DNA from: Octopus vulgaris | Lineage: Eukaryota | DNA: 64,000 bases | Direction of reading: 5' to 3' | NCBI GenBank assembly: GCA_951406725.2 | Contig: OX597817.1 | Span: forward strand, 13,082,001-13,146,000 | In this document: positions 37,901 through 51,428 of the stretch, piece after piece | Layout of the letters: each line of letters begins with the position of its first letter | How positions within the stretch are numbered: position 1 is the stretch's first letter | Translations under genes and position numbers: made by a program | Notes under the pieces: model-generated | The model's input: the letters and a program-made list of their open reading frames with translations, nothing else | Databases searched by the model: none | What the model was told of the DNA's origin: nothing

Positions 37901-40900
37901 AAGACAAAATTAGACCTGGCAGAAATTGAAACCAGAAACTTGGAGCATGAATCTAGATTCTACAACCAATAACCTCTAATACTTCTTGTTTATTCTCTTT
38001 ATTCTCTCTTCTAACCTCACTTCCCTGAGGCTAACAAATATATATATTAAACAAACAGGATCAAGTAGATCAAGGCAGATCAGGTAACTAGGAGGCACCT
38101 GCATCATTTTGGCAAAGCAGGTTACTCAGAAAAATTCCAGATAATTCAACAGGTCAATTTAGCAGTCCATACAGAGTTAGACAGGTGTTCACTGGTCCCA
38201 AGTATCTTGCAAAGGATAATTGATACATATTACATAGTGCAATATTTAGTAAACAAAATCGAATGTACAGTTTAAAACATCACTACATGCATTTCAGTAG
38301 CATGGTTTGATTCAAATACAAGTTCATTACATAATAGGTTAACATTATGTAAATTCATATTTTTACATACTTGCCATCTCATCAGATGATATTCTCCCAA
38401 GTATTTTACCATGAATTAAACCATGCTAGTGAAATGTGTGCAGTGATGTTTTCAACTATACATTCATTTTTGTTTACTATATCTATCTATGGCAGGTAAA
38501 ATTACCAAGATCCAAAGTGGTCTTTGTCCCTCATCATTGCTGCCATATCCTGTGTCTCCCAGAGACCAGTGTCTGTCCTTGGGGCATCAACATATGTCAT
38601 CTTCAGTCTCCCTCTTCTAGTATGTTCATGTAGGGGCTCCACAGGAGCATAGAGTGCAGTATCAACTCTGAATGATGGTGAGCATGTCCAGCTAACCGCA
38701 GTCTCCTCTGTCTTATATTTGAGTTATGCCTTTCAGAAGAACATTAGTTTCTATTTCATGATTTCTTTATCATCAATTATATATCAAAGTATTTACCTTC
38801 TGTTCATGGATTATCTTGTAGTTAGCTTCCAGCTTATAGTATTTCATTCGCCATGAATCTTCATTCAAGTTTTCAGCATTCAAAAGACTGCTACTACTAT
38901 TAGAATTAGTGAAGTCCCTTAAGTCTGCTTCAATACTCTCTGAACTACAAAAAGAGAAAGAAAAAAAATACAGTAAATATCAATTTTTGACACTGGCACA
39001 AGACCACAAATTAGTCAATTAACCCAGACCCAATACTTAATTGGTACTTATTTTATGGACCCTGGAAGGCTGAATGGTAAAATGATTTTCAGTAGAATTT
39101 GAACAGAGGACATCATTTTGTCTGACACTCTAACACTTCAGCAGATATTAAAGTAAAGATGAAAAGGGCTAACAAAATACCTATTTCTTTACTACCCACA
39201 AGGGGCTAAACACAGAGAGGACAAACAAGGGGAGACACACAGATTAAGTCGATTATATCGACCCCAGTGCGTAACTGGTACTTATTTAATCGACTCCAAA
39301 AGGATGAAAGGCAAAGTCAACCTCGGCGGAATTTAAACTCACAACGTAACGGCAGTCGAAATACGGCTATGCATTTCGCCCGGCGTGCTAACGTTTCTGC
39401 CAGCTCGCCACCATCCTTACCACACCACCCTCTCTGTGTTTCAGTACTCCTGCTTCCATTTCTCTTCTTTCTTATCATACCACTCCTTACCAATAATCGT
39501 CATGTAACTCTGTTCCATCATATTGTTCCTATCACTCAGTTTTTTTTTTTTCTTATTCCTCTCAGTGGCATAGCATGGGTTTTAGCCACTCTATACAGCA
39601 GCCATGTTGGTTGTCCCCTTCCTTAAACATAACATACCCTTGACAACAGCAAACACATGTCTGTAAAATAGCTGCCCCATGTAGTTCACACACCCAGCAC
39701 ATCCCACACTGTGTCACTGGTTTCTTTCTCTCTCTCATTCTTTTTCCTAATTCTCTCATTCGTGTGGCTTCAATCCAACCTCCTAATCAACAACCATCAT
39801 GTAGCTGTTTGTATCTCTCTTTCTCTTTCATCTTCTATCAACCTCTTGCTCTTATCACTCTGGTTTTTTTTCTTTTACTTTTCTGTCACTTTCTTACTCT
39901 GGTTCTCTTCTCGCCCAGTTGTGTGAGAAAGGGATGAATTAAGAGAGACAATATGAGGGGATTCTCTTTAGTCTTGCTGGCGGTGTAAAACATCTGCTCT
40001 GGTGCTGTTGAAGGAACAGAGATAACATGGGGCAAAAAGGTATCTTTAGATTTGGATTACTCTGTAAGTAGTCACTGTAAAGGGACTGGTAAGAGGAAGA
40101 GAATCTAGACATAGAAACCACACTAAAGATGGAATGTGTGAGAAAGATGTGGCCCCTAATCCATTGATAACTCCAAATAAGGACTGATGTGAACCATAAT
40201 GATCTGCCAAGACCATAATAATAATAATAATAATGAAATTATTGTATACAGTGCTCAGGTGCACCACAACTTGTCAGAAAGTGCATATAAAGTACATGCA
40301 GTAATGTAGAAATGTCTGGAAAGTGAACATGCTTGTGTGTGTATGGAGGGGAGAAAATCAAGTGTAGTGTTGGCGAATCTCAGGAAGCATGGAAGTCTTG
40401 AAGGATGCAGTGCTCCGACAACCATAGACTTGTGGTATGAAATGGTGATGATGATGATGAAGATAATAATGATGACTATCACACAAACACAAATGGATGT
40501 TAATTTATTGTTGGTTGGTTAGCTTGCAAGAATTTATGATTAAAGGAATTGTAAATCAACTAATGCTGTAGAAGCAAAATTATTCCTAATTTTGACTTAA
40601 CCCTGTAAAATTTCCTTTCTAGAACAGTCCCTAAATTCAAACATTAAGGTTTTGCTATATTTTTTTCTAGATAAATGTGAAGGTGGGTTACACAACTAGT
40701 AATAAGATAAATGGTATTTCGTGTATTGTTAAAAAACATTAACAAGAAAAGCAAAACGGAGATAAAAGTTTTACCTAGAAAAATATTGTAAATATGGAGT
40801 GTAGTCAACAGCAATTGGGCCAAGTAATTCAATGTTCTCTCCTTTCAAACAAAAGCTGAAAAAAACAAAGACAAAAAAAAAACACGTTTTTATATGTGTG

Positions 40901-43900
40901 AGCTCTTTTCAAGAATTACCTGAAAATATAATTTCATAATAGCATGTATCAGCCCCTCTCTTTAGCAAAGTTTTTCACTCACTTTCTCAAGATTTCTTCA
41001 AGCCCTCACTTACTCTTTCTTATCTTTTCTTTTTAATGGTTTCTGAACACACATACACACACACATTGCATCAAATTTTGTATTACAAGCAGGAGTGGCT
41101 GTGTGGTAAGTAGCTTGCTAGCCGACCACATGGTTCCGGGTTCAGTCCCACTGCATGGCATCTTGGGCAAGTGTCTTCTGCTATAGCCCCGGGCCGACCA
41201 ATGCCTTGTGAGTGGATTTGGTAGACGGAAACTGAAAGAAGCCTGTCGTATATATGTTTATATATATGTGTGTGTATGTGTGTGTTTGTCCCCCTAGCAT
41301 TGCTTGACAACCGATGCTGGTGTGTTTACGTCCCCGTCACTTAGCGGTTCGGCAAAAGAAACCGATAGAATAAGTACTGGGCTTACAAAGAATAAGTCCC
41401 GGGGTCGATTTGCTCGACTAAAAGCGGTGCTCTAGCATGGCCGCAGTCAAATGACTGAAACAAGTAAAAAAAGAGATAAAAAAAAAAAATATGTAAGTGT
41501 ATGGCATTGTTTAGGTTCACACACAACTTTTTAAAAATTACACCAATGATTAAGAAATAATTTTGTCTCCCTTCACACCAAATTGGATTTTCTTTGTCAT
41601 TATGGGAAAGTCAGTGTGATTTGAGGATTTAATTTTAGGTGCAAATTCAACTTGAAAAAAAAAAAAAAAGCATTGTATAGTGAACCAAAAATATTAAAAA
41701 CAAAAAAAATAATTATATACATTCTTGATATTGGATGCTTTTGTTAATAAAACTGTGAATAGAAAAACTACAGAAGTGAAACAATGACCATTGAAAATAT
41801 AAAAACAAAAAAATCTGATCAAAATCTGTTTACATGTGTAAACGTTTTTTTTTTTTTTTCTTGATGGATTCAGTCATTGGACTACAGCCATTGAAGAGCC
41901 TTATTGCCTTCAAAGATTGTCTAGAAAGACAACTGTGTTGACCACAGTATTGTTTCAGTCTGACATTTATTTTATTACGGAGATGTACTCGCATAGCAAG
42001 TGATTTGATCTGAGATCGTGTGCTGAAACGAAAACAATTGCAGCATGGAAGGTGTTTGTAAGCCATTTAAGAAACACACAAAACCATTAGATTCACTTCA
42101 ACATTTAAATTTAATTTGTCAAAATATTTTCATCACTAAAATCCGCGACCTGTTCACTGACAAAAATCCATGCTGCATCACGGATTTTCGTCAGTGAGCA
42201 GGTCGCGGATTTTAGCGACGAAAATATTTTGACAAATTAAACTTAAATGTTGAAGTGAATCCAACGGCTTTTGTGTGTTTCTTAAATGGCTTACAAACAC
42301 CTTCCACGCTGCAATTGATTTATTTTATTGATGTCCATTTATCAACTAGTTATGCTACCTTTTCAAGTAAGGGATGTAACTTGGTACACTGGTTTACACC
42401 AGTATACACAAACACTTTAAATATATGTGTGTATAATGGGCTTTCACATAGTTCATTCTGTTATAGGTACAAGGCTTAAAATATTGGTGGGAAGGTACTA
42501 GTCAATTACTTCAACCCCAGTGCTCAACTAGTGCACATTTTATCGACCCTGAAAGGAGGGAATGCAAACTTGATCCCGGCAGAATATGAACTCAGAACAT
42601 AAAGCTGAAAGTAATGTCACTAAACATTTTGCCCAGCATGGTAACAACCCTGCCAGCTTGCTTTACATGGTTACCATTCAGAAAGCATTGGACAACCGAT
42701 GGCAAAACTAAGCAATATTTACCTAACTTGTTGCATATTTAAAAAAAAAGGAACATAGGCGCAGGAGTGACTGTGTGGTAAGTAGCTTGCTTACAAACCA
42801 CATGGTTCCGGGTTCAGTTCCACTGCGTGGTACCTTGGGCAAGTGTCTTCTACTATACCCTCAGGCCAACCAAAGCCTTGTGAGTGGATTTGGTAGACGG
42901 AAACTGAAAGAAGCCTGTCGTATATATGTACATATATATATATATGTATGTGTGTGTGTTTGTGTGTCTGTGTTTGTCCCTCTAGCATTGCTTGACAACC
43001 GATGCTGGTGTGTGTTTACGTCCCCGTCACTTAGCAGTTCGGCAAAACAGACCGATAGAATAAGTACTGGGCTTACAAAATGAATAAGTCCCGGGGTCGA
43101 GTTGCTCGATTAAAGGCAGTGCTCCAGCATGGCTGCAGTCAAATGAGTGAAACAAGTAAAAGAGTAATAGTTTTGAAGTAAAATTCTTAATTATACAGCT
43201 GATATGTATTATTAACCATTTTACCTTCATTTTTCCATGCTTGTATGGATTGAACGAATATGTTATTTGAGGCAATGTTTTACAACCTGATTCCCATCTT
43301 GATTACAACTCTTACCTGGGTTTTTTTTTTTTTAGTAAGGACTCACTTATTCCACAGAGTTTTGAAGGCATAAACTGCCAAGATGATTTGTTGAGAGAAA
43401 AAATTTGACAACACTGTTTGCTATACTTTTGTACAAGTGATTGAAGATGTAATCATACACACATACATACACACACACATACAACATGGTCTTTCAGTTT
43501 CTGTCTACCAAATTCACTCACAAGGCATTAGCTGGCCAAAGGCTATAGTAAATGTCACTTGTGTAAGGTATTGAGCAATAGGACTGAACCTGAAACTACA
43601 CAGTTGGAATGTGAATTTCTCAACCACACAGCTATGCAAGAACTATACCAACACAGTGTACTACAATAACCATCAATAAAATACGAAATAGCTTTGTCAA
43701 GTAACACAATTCACACAACACCATATCAATACAGTTAGAATAGTTTCAAGTGATTGTACAAAGGTTCGTTATTTACATCAGAGCCAGCATAATTTACACA
43801 GTCACAGTTTTAAAGAAATTTTAAAGAAAAATGGATTGAAAAATAATACTTTGAGTATTTTACAATATCAGATGTCAGTTAACAGTGGGAGGAAGAAATT

Positions 43901-46900
43901 TCAAACTTAAGACTTCAATCAGTGACAACTGAAAAGAGGACCTAACACAGACACACAGACATGCATTGTATGTAAATCCTATCTTTTATTTCTTCATTTC
44001 TTTTATACAAACAACCTGTTTTATTTACAAGACTATGAATATAATTCAATGAACTTCCAAATACTTTTTATTGAAGAGAAAAAGACATATAGTTTATACA
44101 TGATTTTATATACAATTTCCAGAGGTCAATACTTCATGTCTAATTTCTGAGAAAATATATTGATTTATTGAGACAATTGTTTTTGTAATGGTTAGATCAA
44201 CAAACCTGAAGTCAATGGCATTCATTCCAAGTAAGGTATCACACAGCATTTTTGCATCATCAGACAACATAACAGCACCTTCTTGATAGAAGTTCCTGAA
44301 ATGAAAACCACATCGATCTATTAATGAGAGGTAAATTATAAATAACTATATTAATTATAACTTGAATAACAATTTGTGATAAATATGGTTTTAACCCTTT
44401 AGTATTTAAACCGGCCATATCCGGCCAAAATAGTTAATCTGTTTTATGTTCAAACTGACCAGATCCAGGCTCTTGCACCTACCCTACAATGTTATTCTAC
44501 ATTAAGCAATTACACCATCGAGATCTTGGAGATATGAGATAATGCATGATTAATTCAAATCAATGGGAATCAATAAGCATTACGTTTGATAGAATAATCT
44601 GAACACTAAAGGGTTAATCCAGCACATGATAAAATTTACAAACTGAAACTGCTTGATTTAAAATATTTATTCTGTTACTTGAAAAAGCAAAATAGCTTTT
44701 GACTACCTTTACTTGTGAGTAAGCTCTGAGGGCAAAACTGACTCAAAATTCATATGCTATGTTCTAACCAATCACTTAGATTTAAATAACATTTCAGAAA
44801 CTCATTTAAAAACTATGCATTATTACATAATGACATTATAGAGTGATTACTTCTGTGAAATAAAACCTCCACAAATGTGTTTAGAAAGATGCGCTTTAAT
44901 GATTTTAGAAAACAAATCAATTAATCATTGTCATCATCATCATCACTATTGTCGCCATCATTATCATTTAACATCCATTTTCGATGTTGGCAAAGGTTGG
45001 ATTTTTGAGAGGATCTGATAAGCTGGAGGCCTGTGTTGAGCTCCATGGTTTCTATGGCTGGATGCCTTCCCTATTGCCAGTTGCTTTACAGAGTGTACAA
45101 AGTGCTTTTTTCCATGACAGCAGCACTAGTGAGTTTTCTTTGTCTTGCAATTGCAAGACAAAGAAAAAGAGGAAAAAATCCCCCTCAACTTAGTGGAGTG
45201 GTAGTGGAGGTGAGGTTGTTTTATACCAGGTGTTGAGATGCTAAAGTATGATAGAGGGGCAGGTAAAGATGCCCTACTACAACCTCATATTATATATGAA
45301 TAGGTGGGAGTAAGTGGAAAGAAGATAAAAATGTTGGTGATGAGGTGTCAGATTGTACTCTCAGGGTACCACAAGGTGAATCATCATCATCATCATCATC
45401 ATCATTTAGCGTCCGCTTTCCATGCTAGCATGGGTTGGACGGTTCAACAGGGGTCTGGGAAGCCAGAAGGCTGCACCACTCCAGTCTGATCTGGCAGTGT
45501 TTCTACGGCTGGATGCCCTTCCTAACGCCAACCACTCCGTGAGTGTAGTGGGTGCTTTTTACGTGCCACTGGCACAGGTGCCAGGCGGAGCTGGCAAACG
45601 GCCACGAACGGATGGTGCTTTTTACGTGCCACGATCGGATGGTGCTTTTTACGTGCCACGATCGGATGGTGCTTTTACGTGCCACCGGCACGGGGGCCAG
45701 GCGTTACGAGGGCCAGGTGAATATACAAGAATATACAAGAAAATATGAACTGAGTATGGGGAGGTATGGGTGCATAAGTTAATAGTAGTGTGATGAGGGC
45801 AATAGGAGGTTAGAGTTAGAGGTTGAGTTTAATGCCAAACACTAACAATCAAAGCAGGGATATGGATACATCTTTCTAGGGGTCTATAACTTTAGTGCTA
45901 ACCATTAGCAACACACTACAGGCCGAGGTAACATAAAATAGACAGCCTAACTAGTTAGCTGCTTCGAGGTTCTGAAGTTAGATCACATCAAGATTAATTT
46001 GGCCTTTCAGAGATGATAAAATAAGTAATAAAGATATATAGTTATGATCATGAGACCGACCGATGTTGCTACACATCGCTGGTCACAATGCGTTCACATT
46101 GTTTTAGCCTTTGAATGACGCCACCCCGCTGGCTAAGCGAGCAGGCCAACAGACGAAAGAGTGAGAGAAAGAGTGGTGAAAGAGTACAGCAGGGATCACC
46201 ACCCCCTGCCGGAGCATCGTGGAGCTTTTAGGTGTTTTTGCTCAATAAACACACACAACGCCCGGTCTGGGATCGAAACCGCGATCCTACGACCGCGAGT
46301 CCGCTACCCTCACCACTGGGCCATTGCGCCTCCATGATATATAGTTATGTACATTGCAATATCTGACTTACCACACCTAAAAAAATATTCATACTAAATG
46401 AAAATTTTTTTAAAAACCCTGATATATGCAACAAATAAACCAATTAAGACTGTAATTAACTATCATGAAAATTTGTAATTAAAAAATTATAAATGATAAT
46501 TTTCTGATACAAAAACTTACTTTGTTATCCTAGTTTGCTTCAGAGCTTCAGATAGATATTCAGATAATCTCTTTTCCATCAGTACAACTCTTAACCAAGC
46601 TTGTCCCTTGGAATGAAGAGGAAAAATTGAATTAGAATAATGTGTAACATTTTCTAAGATTTTGAAATATGATTAAATTAAAATAAGGAATTTAGCATAT
46701 CAAAACCATTTTTGAAAAAAAAAAAAAAATATTTAACAAAAGTTTTGGCTGTGTGGTAAGTAGCTTGTTTACCAACCACATGGTTCCAGGTTCATTACCA
46801 CTGCATGGCACCTTAGGCAAGTGTCTTCTACTATGGCTGACCAAAGCCTTGTGAATGGATTTGGTAGACAGAAACTGAAAGAAGCCCGTCGTATATATAT

Positions 46901-49900
46901 ATGTATGTGTGTGTATATGTTTGTGCATCTGTGTTTGTTCCCCCAACATCGCTTGACAACCAATGGAGGTGTGTTTATATCCCCGTAACTTAGTGGTTCG
47001 GCAAAAGAAACCAATAGAATAAGTACTAGGCTTCCAAAGAATAAGTCCTGGGGTCGATTTGCTCGACTAAAGGTGGTGCCCCAGCATGGCCAAAGTCAAA
47101 TGACTGAAACAAGTAAAAGAGTAAAAGAGTTATATCTCATGGAAGAGGTGAAACAGTCAAGAATGTGTTTGCAGTTTTTAACCCTTTTAGCATTCAGAGT
47201 ACTCACATCATTGATTAGCATTGTCTTTCTATGCTGGCATGGATTGGATGGTTTGACATGGAGCTGGCTAGCAGAGAGCTGTCCAGACTCCAACTGTCTG
47301 TTGTAGCATGATTTCTATGGCTGGATGCCTTCCTAATGCCAACCACTTAGCAGAATGTGCTGGGTGCGTTTTACACAGACAAATGTAATACTTATTTACT
47401 GACAATGTTTTGAATTAATCATGCTTTATCTTGCAACTTCAAGACTTCAATGGTGTGAAATTGTAGCGTAGATGTGAAAGGCCAGATCTGGCCTGCTTGA
47501 ACATAACAAAAGGTAGAATATTTAGGCTGGATATGGCCAGTTTAAATGCTAAAAGTTTCAACTGTCAAGCAGGTGACCCAGCAATTATTAAGAACCAAGG
47601 TATAGGTACAAGGAAGTATAAATGAGGCTTGAATCTGTACAGCTGAGTGTAATTAGAGTAGTGTACCTAGAAGGTGCTGCACTTGAGAATAACGGATCTG
47701 TGGTTGACAAGCAATGAAGCACATCAATATTGAATAATAGGATATTACAATCAATGAAGTGATCTGGTAAGAATGAAGTAACATTGAAACAGAGATAGAT
47801 TCAGTTGCAGTGATGTGTAGATAGCCTTGATACTGTTATAGTAGACATATGATGAATATATTTAGTGTGGTTGCATTGTTTGTGCGATGGCCATTGGCAA
47901 TACTGAACGAGTTAATGAAGACTAGCCATTAAACACTTGGCAAAGTAGTCATATATGGAAACAACAGAGTGAATATTTTGATGAGAATATCCAGGTCATA
48001 ATTATTCAAATTGGAATCCCAAGTTTATATCAACATACAACACTAAGTATATAATTTTGGCATTAACCAGATCTTTACATTTTAATTATGAATTTGATAC
48101 TTATGGTTTGAAAAAGTAAGTATAGATTGTCATGTAAGGATGTTGCAAGCAGCCATCTAATAACAATGTTTTAAAGTAGTAATTATTAGTAGGTGTCATT
48201 TAATTATTTGGGTCAAAGTACCTAACCCAGGTAACAGCTGCTTTGTATACCACATTTAATAACAAACCAAGTAGGAAAACTACAGTAGCAAGGAAAATTT
48301 AACTATTTGTTATGAACAAGGTCCATTACAGTTAATAGATGAGACAAAAGTTGGATATTTCATTGAATGGGAGTAGAGAGAGACTATTTTGAAAGTATGT
48401 GTTTGACTAGCTGTTTGTTTTACAAACCACCTGTCTGAAAACAGTACAATGGATCATAATATGGATGGAAGCACTCCATCGGTTACGACGATGAGGGTTC
48501 CGGTTGATCCGAATCAACGGAACAGCCTGCTCGTGAAATTAACGTGTAAGTGGCTGAGCACTCCACAGACACGTGCACCCTTAACGTAGTTCTCGGGGAT
48601 ATTCAGCGTGACACAGAGAGGGACAAGGCCGGCCCCTTGAAATACAGGTACAACAGAAACAGGAAGTAAGAGTGAGAGAAAGTTGTGGTGAAAGAGTACA
48701 GCAGGGATCACCACCACCCCCTGCCGGAGCCTCGTGTAGCTTTTAGGTGTTTTCGCTCAATAAACACTCACAACGCCTGGTCTAGGAATCGAAACCGCGA
48801 TCCTATGACCGCGAGTCTGCTGCCCTAACCACTGGGCCATTGCGCCTCCACAACTGTTTGTTTTACCAACCACCTGTCTGGAAACAGTACAATGGATCAT
48901 AATAACCAAACTGATGGCACGAAGGATAGGGAGATCATCTGATAGAACAATATAGCTATATTAATTTTGTCTCTTGTAAATGCAACATTAATCGCATGTC
49001 CCAACTTTTCACGTAATATTCTAGAAATCTTTCGTTGTTAACAAGTTATGCAAGTAAAAACTCGGAAGGAATGATCCTAGGTAAGACAAGAGAAGGAATC
49101 AAGTGAAACCAAATGTTGATATAAAGGATTGTCATGCCAATAATTATTTGGGGTCAGAAAAAATTGGAAGCTTATAATTATGGATCACCTAGTTCATGCA
49201 GACCAGTATAGAAAATTCAACAAATGATATCCACTATACATAATAAATAACTACCATCATGTCTCCATGATTGTGTTGCTAGTTTATTTGATGGTTTAGT
49301 AATATACAAAGAACACCGTAAATTTCAAATAATGAGAATGACAAAAGACTAATCCTCAAAGAAACTATACATTAAACAAAAAATTATATGGAGTTATGCA
49401 AAACAAAAATGACAAAGCAGACACGGGAGCAGGTTTACAGACTCAGTAATTTACATGACAACAGTGAAAATATTTTTTTTGTAACTTTAAAAGTATTTTA
49501 ACACAATGGTAAAAATCCCTGCTTGTTATGACTTTTGATAAATAAGGTTCACAGTATAAATAACTGGTTAAGAATACAGAAGGTTTCTCATGCCAGTTAT
49601 TCTCTTGTGTCTTATGTAATCATCATCATCATCATCATCATTTAGCGTCCGCTTTCCATGCTAGCATGGGTTCGACGGTTCAACTAGGGTCTGAGAAGCC
49701 AGAAGGCTGCATCAGGCCCAGTCTCATCTGGCAGTGTTTCTACGGCTGGATGCCCTTCCTAATGCCAACCACTCTATGAGTGTAGTGGGTGCTTTTTACA
49801 TGCCACCGGTACAGGTGCCAGACGAGTCTGGCAAACGGCCACGATCGGATGGTGCTTTTTTTGTGCCACCGGCACAAGGGCCAGGCGAGGCTGGCAACGG

Positions 49901-50537
49901 CCACGAACGGATGGTTCGTTTACCTGCCACCAGCACGAGTCCAGTCGGGGCGGCGCTACAGGTGCCAGACGAGTCTGGCAAACGGTCACAATCGGATGGT
50001 GCTTTTTATGTGCCACCGGCACAAGGGCCAGGCGAGGCTGGCAACGGCCACAAACGGATGGTGCTACTTCTCTAAAATGACATACAAAGTCTCCTTGAAA
50101 CAATGTAAGACTTCTATTTAAGAGACAAAAATCATTGTTTGGGATTTTAGCAGTAGTACTATGACAACATTTAATACAAACTGTTGTCAAATCATCTGCT
50201 TTCATAGTCATTCACTGTCATACACCAATACTGTTTTGACACACCTGTCATACTCTATTTTAACTTGTTATTTAACTTGTTAATAGCTTTCTATTAATCT
50301 GCAGAAAAATGGTTTTCTTAAAATTATTCAATTAACTGTAGATTTCCGACCTGTGTCGGTGGCACGTAAAAAGCACCCACTACACTCACGGAGTGGTTGG
50401 CGTTAGGAAGGGCATCCAGCTGTAGAAACACTACCAGATCAGACTGGAGCCTGGTGCAGCCTTCTGGCTTCCCAGATCCCCAGTCGAACCATCCAACCCA
50501 TGCTAGCATGGAGAACGGACGTTAAACAATGATGATG

Positions 50538-50570
<33 letters not shown>

Positions 50571-51389
50571 AAGAGAGAGAAATATAACAGTGAGATCTTT
50601 CCATCTTTTGGAGAGTTCAGCCTCTGGCAAACATTCAGAGCAGATAGTTTTCTCCTACCCTAGTCACTCAGGTTGAGTATCAGCCACATTGTTCTACCAG
50701 TCTAAGAGGTCTACAAAGATGATGGGTACTGTCCCTCATCTGACTAACTTATTAGAGGATATAGAAGAAGACATCCAAGATGTTGTGCAATGGAATGAAC
50801 CCTAAGGCCTGATGATTTCAAACTGAATTCCTTAACCCTTTAGCCATACCTACCCTATACCTAGAATACTTTATCATTTAATAACTATACTTTAAAATTC
50901 TTACCCAATTATCATATCATTTGATAAGAAACTAATTAGGATTCATACAAAATCCTAAACGGAATACAGCTTGGGAATTTCTAACTATATTAAGACAACT
51001 TATGTCAAAATATAGGCGGCATTATTTGGTCACTTAACCTATTAACTGAATCTCCCTCAAATAATTCAACCTTCATTATATAAAAAGGACATTTTGGACA
51101 ATACAGTACCCAATATCCAAACTGTTTATGGCTAGAATACTTTAGATCAGGTAACCTTTTGTGAGAAGCAGGACCCCATGAGACATGGCTCATCAACAGA
51201 TTGGGCCACACTACTAAAAAAAAATTCAAGGTAATTCTGTTCATTAAGCATGCCGTTTAGAAAGTCCCATGGGCTGCGGTTTGTCCAGGACTGCTTAATC
51301 AGAGCTGGCCAGGGCTAAAAACAACAACAATGCTGCTGCCAGCACTGAAATTACTGCCGTCGCCTCCGCCACAACCACCACCACTTGGT

Positions 51390-51428
<39 letters not shown>

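Larger units (their letters stand above)
42035..42317. repeat. Long near-perfect inverted repeat (arms about 138 bp, 6-nt loop), probable Penelope-like pLTR inversion
   Basis: 42035-42172 is the reverse complement of 42179-42317, differing mostly by transitions. Confidence 0.9.
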
